DNA from: a bacterium
GTDB taxonomy: Bacteria; JADJOY01
Direction of reading: 5' to 3'
Length of the DNA stretch: 64,000 bases
Assembly: GCA_046331705.1 (NCBI GenBank)
Contig: JAXLQJ010000021.1
Location: 1 to 64,000, forward strand
Part shown: positions 56,358 through 64,000 of the stretch, piece by piece
Position numbering within the stretch: the first letter of the stretch is position 1
Layout: every line of letters begins with the position of its first letter
The notes under the pieces: model-generated
What the model was told of the DNA's origin: nothing
Seen by the model: only the letters and a program-made list of their open reading frames with translations
Databases searched by the model: none
Made by a program: the position numbers and the translations under genes

Positions 56358-57689
56358 TCAGACCCTCGGCAACCAGCGGCGCACGGACACCATCTCGAGA
56401 GCGACCTCCACCTTGCGCAGCAGGATCTCGAGGTCGCCGCGGTGGCCGCCGCTCGCCAACCGCGTCGCGAGCGTCGCGCCGATCGAAGCGGCCGTGCTGC
56501 GAGCGCCACCGTCGTCGGCGTAGAAGACGGCGACCGGCTGGCCGCGCACGTCGATCCGGACTCCACACACCGAGCGCGGCGTCGCGCCGATGCCGAGCGT
56601 CCGAGCCAGGGCGATGCCGGTGGGATCGATCCGAAGCTCACGCACGACCAGCTCGCGCCGCGCGACGATCTCGTGCGCGAAGCCGGCGCCGATCGTGACC
56701 CGCGCCTCTCGAAACCGCTGCTCCTCGACGGTGCCGCCGATCGCGCGCCAGCCACGCAGGCCGCGCGGCCCCACGTGGAAGAGCGCCGCGCGATCGAACA
56801 CGGTGGACGCGTAGCCGAGGAGCACGGCGGCGACGTCGGCAAGATGCCGGGCGTCGGCGAGCTGGCGACAAGCCGCCGCCAGGCTCGAGAGGGGGACGAT
56901 CTCCCCGCGCTGCGGCACCGCCTCCTCGACGGGCTCGCCGACCACCAAGGGAAGCTCTTCTTCCGGCGCGGTGACGCGGGCGGGTGCGGCGACACCGCGA
57001 CTGGCCTGCTCGACCGGCCACGGCGTGCTGCGCACTCCGAGCCACTCGTCCTCGACCTCCTGGCGTTCCGTGGGCCGAGTCATGAGGCCGGGAATCCGCT
57101 CGACCTCCACGTTCGCCAGCCCCGAGGCGGTCGCGCCCACGGCACCGGCGGCGCGTGTGCCGTTCGACGCGGCGAAACCGCTGCGCGCCTGCGCCTGGGC
57201 CTTGAACTGAGCCACCGTCTCCGATTGCTGCGGCCGGACCAGCTCCACGAAGCTCGCGCCGAAATACGTCTCGAGCGCCCGCTTGATGATGAAATCCGGT
57301 GCCACACGCACGTGAATGGCCTTGCCGGTCGCGAAAGCCATCTCGTCCACCGCTTGCACGTTGCTGGGGTCGCTCATCACCACCGTGATGCGCCCCTTGG
57401 TCATGGCGATGGGAATCGCGCGGTGCTTGAGAAGCTGCTCGCGCGGCACCGAGTTGAGGATGTCCCAGCGGATCCCCCGCACCTCCGTGGGCTCGACGGA
57501 GTCGATGCCGTGGTAGGCACCCAGGTGACGGGTGAGATCGAGTGGAGAGAGGAAGCCCAGGTCCACCAGGTTGAACCCGAGCCGCCCGCCGAAGCGGGTC
57601 TGGGCGTCGAGCGCCACCCGCAGCTGCTCGCCGTTGATCGCGCCCTTGGCCACCAGATACTGCCCGAGCTGCCGTCCCATGGGATGCAC
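56358..57689 (-). CDS. MshEN/T2SSE_N-domain protein without ATPase, with a C-terminal GAF-like region
   Basis: QLGQYLVAKGAINGEQLRVALDAQ...RLGFNLVDLGFL, VVMSDP; C-terminal PVAVFYAD; start 57689 or 57680. Confidence 0.8.
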   Translation of the reverse strand: MHPMGRQLGQYLVAKGAINGEQLRVALDAQTRFGGRLGFNLVDLGFLSPLDLTRHLGAYHGIDSVEPTEVRGIRWDILNSVPREQLLKHRAIPIAMTKGRITVVMSDPSNVQAVDEMAFATGKAIHVRVAPDFIIKRALETYFGASFVELVRPQQSETVAQFKAQAQARSGFAASNGTRAAGAVGATASGLANVEVERIPGLMTRPTERQEVEDEWLGVRSTPWPVEQASRGVAAPARVTAPEEELPLVVGEPVEEAVPQRGEIVPLSSLAAACRQLADARHLADVAAVLLGYASTVFDRAALFHVGPRGLRGWRAIGGTVEEQRFREARVTIGAGFAHEIVARRELVVRELRIDPTGIALARTLGIGATPRSVCGVRIDVRGQPVAVFYADDGGARSTAASIGATLATRLASGGHRGDLEILLRKVEVALEMVSVRRWLPRV

Positions 57690-57798
57690 TCCAACTAAAG
57701 CGGTCGGATTCCGCGTTTCACCGTATCGTCTCCATTACACCACCGCGGGCCGGGCCGATTCAAACGGCGACTCGGACGCCCGGCTCACCGGGAACGGG

Positions 57799-59475
57799 TC
57801 AACGCTCGTCGTCGGGGGGCCGAGCGCAGGCGAGCGCGATCAAATCCGCGATTCCCGGGGAATTCCCGCTGTCCAGCACCGAGGCCAGGCGCCCCGCGGC
57901 TTCTCCACCGTGGCGCCTCCCGAGCTCGCGCTCGCACTTGGCCCGCACCGCCGCAAGTCGATCGTTTTCCCCCGGCGCGCCGACGGGTACCTCCTGGGTG
58001 GCGCAAAGCCGGCGGCCGTCGTGGAGCACGATCGTCACCGTCGCTGGAAAGGCCATCCGGAAGGCCGTGAGATCCACCGAGCCGAGGTCCGGACGTGTGC
58101 CGCGCAGGCGGGCATCCGCTCGCCGTGCGCGCCCCCGGCGCAGCGCCGCGCGCAGCCGCCGGCGGTGCGCGCCGAGCAATCCCGCGAGGTCGAGGCCGTG
58201 ACTGCGCCGCCCTCCCAGCTCGCGCGCATAGCCGCGCGCCACCTTCCAGAAGTCGACCAGACGCAGCGCGGCGACCACCGAGCTCGAACCGAACGCCCCG
58301 TCGAAGGCCTCGGCGACGGTCAGCGTGGCGCCCCAATCGTGGCGCAGCACCACGCGGCTCGCGAGCGCGCGCAGCGTGGTCTCGTGCATGGCGAGGAACT
58401 CGGGCTCGAGCTCGCGCGGCGTGAGCGCGGCAGCCACCACGCCGATCGCGACGCTGAGCGGGATCGAGAAATTCGCGAACACCGCGCTCAGGCCCACCTC
58501 GGATCGATGCTCGGCCGAGAGGTTGTCCATCTCCACGGTGAGCAGGCTCGCGTCGACCTCGATGCGTTCGATGGCCTCGGGCGCCAGGGCATGCCCGTCC
58601 GTCACCCGCTGCTGGTCCAGCAACCGGAAGAGCGCATCCATGGTGGTATCGATGTAGGCGCAACCGGGATAGCGCTTGAACGCGAGCGTGTCGGTGACCC
58701 ACGAGCGGCCGAGCCCGGTCATCGCGTGCGGGATGGGGACGAACGAGAAGAAGCGCCACAGGCCCTTGCGGCGGTGCTCGAAGATCTCGCGCGCGCCCGT
58801 CAGCCCCTCCGCAGCGCAGTACGCGGCCTGGACACCGGCGATCGTCGGGCCGGCGGCGGTGAGCACCTTGCTGCCGGGCCCCATGAACCCCGGCCACAAC
58901 GTGAACGTGGGCTGGTAGAGCGCGATGGCGAGGGCGTGCGCCGTGCGCGCGGCGTCGAGGCCGAGGATCTTGGCGCCCGCCGCCGCCGCGCCGGCCGCGT
59001 GGATGAAGCTCCACGCCTGCCCGTTCTGCGGGCCGAGCACGCAGCTCGCGCCCACGCGCCCGGCGATCTCGTTGGCCACCACCTGCGCCAGCAACAGCTC
59101 GTCCATGGTGCGCCCCTCGAGCTCCGCGATCGCCAGGCTCGCGAGCACCGCCGAGTGACCGGTGTGGCCGAGGTAGAGATAGTCGTCGTAGTCGAGCGCC
59201 ATGCTGCGGGCGCTCGACACGGTCAACGCGTCGGCGAGCGACCATCGCTCGCCGGTGGGCAACACCGTGACGCGGCCCGGCGTCGCGTGTCGCGCCACCG
59301 CGCGCTCGACGGCGCGCGCTTCCTCGGTGGGCGTCCCGGCGTGGATGGAAGCCACCACGTTCACGAGCTGGTGCCGCGCCAGCTCCAGCACTCGCTGCGG
59401 CACGTCCTCGACGCGCACGGTGGCGATCCACGCGCCGAGCCTCTCGCCGACCGTCGCGCCCACGGGGATCTTCAT
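57799..59475 (-). CDS. MmgE/PrpD-family protein
   Basis: ALDYDD, GHTG, FKRYPGCAY, FSIP and C-terminal PVGAP motifs; start reassigned to ATG 59475. Confidence 0.85.
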   Translation of the reverse strand: MKIPVGATVGERLGAWIATVRVEDVPQRVLELARHQLVNVVASIHAGTPTEEARAVERAVARHATPGRVTVLPTGERWSLADALTVSSARSMALDYDDYLYLGHTGHSAVLASLAIAELEGRTMDELLLAQVVANEIAGRVGASCVLGPQNGQAWSFIHAAGAAAAGAKILGLDAARTAHALAIALYQPTFTLWPGFMGPGSKVLTAAGPTIAGVQAAYCAAEGLTGAREIFEHRRKGLWRFFSFVPIPHAMTGLGRSWVTDTLAFKRYPGCAYIDTTMDALFRLLDQQRVTDGHALAPEAIERIEVDASLLTVEMDNLSAEHRSEVGLSAVFANFSIPLSVAIGVVAAALTPRELEPEFLAMHETTLRALASRVVLRHDWGATLTVAEAFDGAFGSSSVVAALRLVDFWKVARGYARELGGRRSHGLDLAGLLGAHRRRLRAALRRGRARRADARLRGTRPDLGSVDLTAFRMAFPATVTIVLHDGRRLCATQEVPVGAPGENDRLAAVRAKCERELGRRHGGEAAGRLASVLDSGNSPGIADLIALACARPPDDER

Positions 59476-59618
59476 CGCCGATCGAGCCTCCGCTGCTTCG
59501 GGTTTCGAGGAAACGCGCACTGCAATTTCGGGCGCCAATCTCGCTTGCGAGCGCCGCGCGCTCCCGGATACGCTCCTCGTTCTCGGCAAGCGTGCCACGC
59601 GCGAAGCCCGACGGGCGA

Positions 59619-59632
59619 GGCACACGGCGTGC
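59619..59632 (+). promoter_or_regulatory. Weak sigma54-like promoter (GGCACACGGCGTGC)
   Basis: GG-N10-GC with GGCAC and TGCA, upstream of ATG 59733. Confidence 0.4.
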
Positions 59633-59732
59633 ATTGGGATTTCCACCGGGGTATGCTCTTGTTTTCGATCGACGTCTCGGCGCAGCGCGTACCGCCTCCG
59701 TGCAGTGACGCGAGACGAGCGAGCGAGCGACG

Positions 59733-61163
59733 ATGACCGCCACCCGCAGTACCGTCCTGGTCGTCGACGATCTGGAGCCGGCGCGCAACATGCTGCGCCG
59801 CCTGCTCCATCGCGAAGGATTCGAGGTGCTCACCGCCGCCGACGGCAGCCATGCCATCGAGGCGATCGCGAGCCATCCGATCGACCTGGTGCTCCTCGAC
59901 ATGGCCATGCCCGGCATGGACGGCCTCGAGGTCTTGCGCCACGTGCGCACCGACCATTCCGCCGCCGAGCTGCCGGTGATCATCCAGACCGCCTACACCA
60001 AGCGCGAGGAGATGATCGAGGCGCTCGAGATCGGCGCCAACGATTTCGTCTCGAAGCCCATCGACTTCCCCGTCCTGCTGGCGCGCATTCGCGCGCAGCT
60101 TCGGGTCCGCGAGGCGAAGAGCGGGACGGTGGGCGGGGCACCGGCAGCGGACGGTGTCGCCGCGAGGCGCATCGAGCTGCGCCCCGGGACCGTCATCGCG
60201 AACCGCTACGAGATCCTGCTGGAGATCGGTGCCGGCAACTTCGCGTCGATCTACCGCGCGCGGCACCTGGCGCTCGACCAAGAGGTCGCCGTGAAGGTGC
60301 TGCGCGCCGAGATCGCCGACCGCACCGATGCGCTGGCCCGCTTCCGGGCGGAAGCCACGTTGGCGCGGCAGCTCAACCATCCCAACGCGATCACGGTCCT
60401 CGACTTCGGCGTCACGGCCCAGGGCCTCCCGTACCTGGTGATGGAGCTGCTGCACGGACGCTCGCTGTCCGATCTGCTGCGCCAGCGCGCTCGCCTCAGC
60501 CCGCGGCAATGCGCGGAGATCCTGCTGCCCGTCTGCCACGTGCTCGCGGAGGCTCACGACCAGGGCATCATCCATCGCGACCTCAAGCCGTCGAACATCT
60601 ACCTGGCGCACATGGGGCGTCGGGAGATCGTCAAGGTGGTCGACTTCGGCATCGCCAAGCTGCTCACGGACCTCAACACCTCGGCCAGCCTGACCGTCGA
60701 GGGCTCGTGGGTGGGGACACCCGCGTACATGGCGCCCGAGCGGCTGCGCAACGATCCCTACGACGGCCGATCGGACGTCTACAGCCTGGGCGTGATGCTC
60801 TTCGAGATGCTGACCGGCCAGCTGCCGTTCCAGTCGCGCGACGACGATCCGGTCGCCGTCGCGCTGCAGCACCTCACCGCGGTGCCGCCTCGGCCGCGCA
60901 CGCTGGTGCCCGACGTTCCGTCCGACCTGGAAACGGTGGTCATGCGCTGCATGGCGAAGGAGGCCAATCTGCGGCCGACCGCGATCGAGCTCGCCGAGCT
61001 GGTGGCTCGGGCCGTTGGAGTCGAGTACCGCAGCAGCACCGAGCACGGCGGCGAGGCCATCGTCGTGGATGCACCTTGCCCGCAGCCCCTCGACGAGCCC
61101 GCCTGGGTCCGCACCACCGTGCACGTCTCGAAGCCCGCCAGCCACGCCAAGCCGAAGACCTGA
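59733..61163 (+). CDS. Receiver domain fused to a Hanks-type Ser/Thr protein kinase
   Basis: VLVVDD, LLDMAMP and SKP receiver motifs; VAVKVL, HRDLKPSN, DFGIAK and GTPAYMAPE kinase motifs. Confidence 0.93.
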   Translation: MTATRSTVLVVDDLEPARNMLRRLLHREGFEVLTAADGSHAIEAIASHPIDLVLLDMAMPGMDGLEVLRHVRTDHSAAELPVIIQTAYTKREEMIEALEIGANDFVSKPIDFPVLLARIRAQLRVREAKSGTVGGAPAADGVAARRIELRPGTVIANRYEILLEIGAGNFASIYRARHLALDQEVAVKVLRAEIADRTDALARFRAEATLARQLNHPNAITVLDFGVTAQGLPYLVMELLHGRSLSDLLRQRARLSPRQCAEILLPVCHVLAEAHDQGIIHRDLKPSNIYLAHMGRREIVKVVDFGIAKLLTDLNTSASLTVEGSWVGTPAYMAPERLRNDPYDGRSDVYSLGVMLFEMLTGQLPFQSRDDDPVAVALQHLTAVPPRPRTLVPDVPSDLETVVMRCMAKEANLRPTAIELAELVARAVGVEYRSSTEHGGEAIVVDAPCPQPLDEPAWVRTTVHVSKPASHAKPKT

Positions 61164-61220
61164 TTCGCCGCGCGTCGGGGTGCGAGCTCCTCCCCTTTCG
61201 CGCGGCGGGCGCGAGGAACC

Positions 61221-61931
61221 ATGCCCACTGCATTCGTCGCGGGAGCGACAGGATTCACCGGCCGCGAGGTCGTGCGGCTGCTGGCGCAGTCCGGCGCGAC
61301 GGCGATCGCCCACGTGCGCCCCGACTCCCCCAGCCTCGGCCATTGGCAGGAGCGGTTCGCGAGCATGGGTGCCCGCGTCGATGCCACCCCCTGGGCGCTC
61401 GGGCCGATGACGGAAACCATCCGCCAGCTCGATCCCGAGTGGGTGTTCTGCTTGATCGGCACGACGCGCAAGCGGGGCCGCCAGGCCGTCGAGACGGGGC
61501 GACCGGCCGAGACGTACGAGAGCGTCGACTACGGCCTGACCAAGCTGCTGGCGGACGCGACGGTCGCTTCCGGCCGCCGACCGCGCTTCGTCTATCTCTC
61601 GGCGGCGGGAGTTTCGGCGCGCGCCGGCGGCGCGTACGGTCGGGCGCGCTGGAAGGCCGAGCAAGCGGTGCGCGCGAGCGGCCTCCCGTTCACGATCGCG
61701 CGCCCCTCGTTCATCGTCGGCGCGGGCCGCGACGAGCCGCGTCCCGCCGAGCTCGCCGGCGCACGGGCCATCGACGGGCTCCTCACGGTGGTCGGCGCGA
61801 TCGGGCTAGGCCGCGTCCGCGATCGCTATCGCTCGACGACCAACACGGTGCTCGCACGCGCGCTCGTCCGGCTCGCGGAAGACCCGGCCGCGCGGGACGC
61901 CATCGTGGAATCCGAAGACCTGCACCACTGA
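61221..61931 (+). CDS. NAD(P)H-binding atypical SDR
   Basis: VAGATGFTG, CLIGTT, VDYG, YGRARWKAE and IARPS motifs. Confidence 0.85.
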   Translation: MPTAFVAGATGFTGREVVRLLAQSGATAIAHVRPDSPSLGHWQERFASMGARVDATPWALGPMTETIRQLDPEWVFCLIGTTRKRGRQAVETGRPAETYESVDYGLTKLLADATVASGRRPRFVYLSAAGVSARAGGAYGRARWKAEQAVRASGLPFTIARPSFIVGAGRDEPRPAELAGARAIDGLLTVVGAIGLGRVRDRYRSTTNTVLARALVRLAEDPAARDAIVESEDLHH

Positions 61932-61963
61932 GCCGTCCCGAACGCGACTCGGCCCTTCCCGGC

Positions 61964-64000
61964 TCAGAAGCGCGCCAGCCAGCGGATCCGCTCGAAGCCC
62001 TCCGCCGCCTTCGGCGGGCGCGCGTCGACGAGCCGGAACGCGACGCGCAGGATCGAAGCGCCGCCACTGGCCGGCTCACGGCGGGTGGACAGCTCCTCGA
62101 CGGACATGCCGTCGGGCACCTGCACGTCGAAGCCGGCGAACGCGAATCCGCTCGGCACGTGGAACGCCAGCCGGTGCACGAACGGCGCGAAGGCCGTCCC
62201 CACCGATCCTTCCTGCACGCCGGCCAGCGTGCGGGCCGCGCCATCCCATTCCAGCGACTCGATCACGCCCACGCCGCCCAGCACGTGGCGGTTCGTGCCG
62301 AGGAGCTGCGGCCGGTCGAGCTTGGGTCGAAGCGCGATCGCGCGCGCCGTGTGGGGCGGCACGTCGACCGAAAGCGTGCTCTCGATCTCGCCCAGGAACG
62401 ATTCGGTCCAGAACTCCCACGCGAGCTTGGGGGTGGCGGGGTCGAGCCCCGCGGCAGCGAGATCCACGTCGATGCGCCGCGGCTCGTCGGGTAGCGCCAG
62501 GTACGGGTTCACGGCGAGATCGCGATTGCGCCCCCAATGCGTGAGACCGATCACGTGGTAAGGCTCGGGGAAGTCGGGCACGGGCAGGCTCTCGACCTCG
62601 GGATACTCGCGCGTCAGCACGTCGAGCGGGCGAGCGGCGCGTCCGTGGATGGGAAGCAACGCGCGAATCGACGCGATCGCCTCGGGTGAGAGGTCGACGA
62701 GCTTGTCACCGAGCTTCACGATCCCACCGCTCATCGCCACGAACTGGGCCAGCGCCTGCGACTCGCTCAGCGTGAGCGGCGGCAGGCTGGTGTCGGCGTG
62801 GGAGCGGAAGAAGATCAGATCGGGATGGACCAGCCACACGCGATCGTGGAGGAACCAGCGCCGCGCGGCTGCGCGCACGGTGGGTTTGATGCCTTGGTTC
62901 GACAGGTCCTCGAAGACGTTGCTCGGGCGCGGATCCTCGCCGTCCCAAACCGGTTGGGTATCGAGCGTGACGCGATTGGCGTCCACGAGGTCGTACGTGG
63001 GGCCGACCACCGAGACCGTGAGAAAGAACGTGTCGGGTCCGATGGCGTCGCGCACCACGCGGTGCGCGGCACGAAACGCCTCGACGCGCGTGACGTCCTG
63101 CTGCTGCCAGCCGTGGCTCATCAGGAAGTAGTAGCCGAAATCGAGCTTGATCCAGCGCGCCCCCCAGCCCACGACCTTGCGCATGAGCGCGTCGAGCCAC
63201 GCGCGCACGTCCTGGCGCGTGAGATCGAGGGGAACCTGATCGTCGTCGATGGTGAAGGTGCCGACGAGATCCTTCTGCGCGACCCACTCGGGGTGTTCGC
63301 GCACCAGCTTCGAGTCGAAGCGCGCGGAATACGGGCTGATCCACACACCCGGGCGAAAGCCGCGCCGCGCGATCTCGCCCATCAGCCACTGGATCCCGTT
63401 CTGTTCTCCGTGCCGCGGAAAGCGATCGGCGCGCACCTCCCAGTCGCCCTGGGCGACCTGCCAGCCGTCGTCGATCTGGAACCAGCGCATCCCCCACTTG
63501 CGCAGCTCGCGATCCGCCACGTCGAGATTGGCGAGGATGATCTGCTCGTCGATGTCGGTGCCATAGCCGCCCGAGCCGCTCGACCCCGTCCACGAGTTCC
63601 AGCCGTCGGGGACGCCGATCTCGGGATGACGCTCGGTCCACGGCACGATGCCCAGCCAGGTGCGTACCGCGTCGGCGTAGCGTTCGAGCTGGGGCAGCAG
63701 ATCGGCGCCGCGGATGTCCACGTAGAGCGGCTCGGCTTCGAGCCGCTCGCCCGGCGCGACTCGGACCGCCGGCGTGAGCACGTTCAGCGTCTCGACGGCG
63801 AGGGCACCGTCGGAAGTGGCGGACGCCGCCGTGGAGACCAGCGGCTCGCCGCGCGCGAACGAGAGCCCACCGATGACCACGCTCGTGCCGCGCGCCAGGT
63901 CCGCGATCCCGGCGTTCCAGTTGGCGGCCGATGGTGCGGTGCCAGGCACCACGCGCGCCGCGAAATCGAAGTAGCTCACAGCGCCGTTCTCGAGGACGCG
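61964..64000 (-). CDS. Alpha-galactosidase-like glycoside hydrolase (GH36/clan D), N-terminus beyond the window
   Basis: GWNSW, FQIDDGW, PGVWISP and IKLDF motifs; the frame stays open to the window edge. Confidence 0.85.
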   Translation of the reverse strand, partial: RVLENGAVSYFDFAARVVPGTAPSAANWNAGIADLARGTSVVIGGLSFARGEPLVSTAASATSDGALAVETLNVLTPAVRVAPGERLEAEPLYVDIRGADLLPQLERYADAVRTWLGIVPWTERHPEIGVPDGWNSWTGSSGSGGYGTDIDEQIILANLDVADRELRKWGMRWFQIDDGWQVAQGDWEVRADRFPRHGEQNGIQWLMGEIARRGFRPGVWISPYSARFDSKLVREHPEWVAQKDLVGTFTIDDDQVPLDLTRQDVRAWLDALMRKVVGWGARWIKLDFGYYFLMSHGWQQQDVTRVEAFRAAHRVVRDAIGPDTFFLTVSVVGPTYDLVDANRVTLDTQPVWDGEDPRPSNVFEDLSNQGIKPTVRAAARRWFLHDRVWLVHPDLIFFRSHADTSLPPLTLSESQALAQFVAMSGGIVKLGDKLVDLSPEAIASIRALLPIHGRAARPLDVLTREYPEVESLPVPDFPEPYHVIGLTHWGRNRDLAVNPYLALPDEPRRIDVDLAAAGLDPATPKLAWEFWTESFLGEIESTLSVDVPPHTARAIALRPKLDRPQLLGTNRHVLGGVGVIESLEWDGAARTLAGVQEGSVGTAFAPFVHRLAFHVPSGFAFAGFDVQVPDGMSVEELSTRREPASGGASILRVAFRLVDARPPKAAEGFERIRWLARF

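Noticed and set aside
59521-59537. Minus-strand TGGCGCCCGAAATTGCA as a sigma54 promoter for the MmgE/PrpD gene
   Set aside because: GG-to-GC spacing is 11 nt rather than the strict 10.
59201-62494. 1097-aa plus-strand ORF
   Set aside because: Arg/Ala/Gly-rich alternative frame overlapping several well-supported genes.

Overview
High-GC, gene-dense bacterial window. Gene content (REC-Ser/Thr kinase fusion, MshEN protein, hsp20-lon, GGC-type C-terminal sorting signal, several sigma54 promoters) suggests a Myxococcota/deltaproteobacterium-like diderm; this is inference. I call 47 genes plus one short edge fragment: a GDP-heptose/glycosylation cluster (1-9149), a sigma54 two-component locus (11512-19185), housekeeping genes (nadB, pgsA, efpL, lon, moaA, lepA, plsX), a radical-SAM/hotdog biosynthetic run (32029-39230), and assorted hydrolases and signalling proteins. 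I found no rRNA, tRNA, CRISPR array or transposase. Two observations stand out. (1) A single ORF (49241-52633) fuses a Cache-domain chemoreceptor to a complete DcaP-type outer-membrane porin through an internal signal-peptide-like segment, a candidate bacterial polyprotein. (2) An apparently self-contained sigma54 regulon has three -24/-12 promoters and a shared tandem upstream site. It covers a family of pilin-like membrane proteins, one copy of which is split across two adjacent genes with concerted loss of its cysteines. All calls come from motif recognition by eye; no database search was run.
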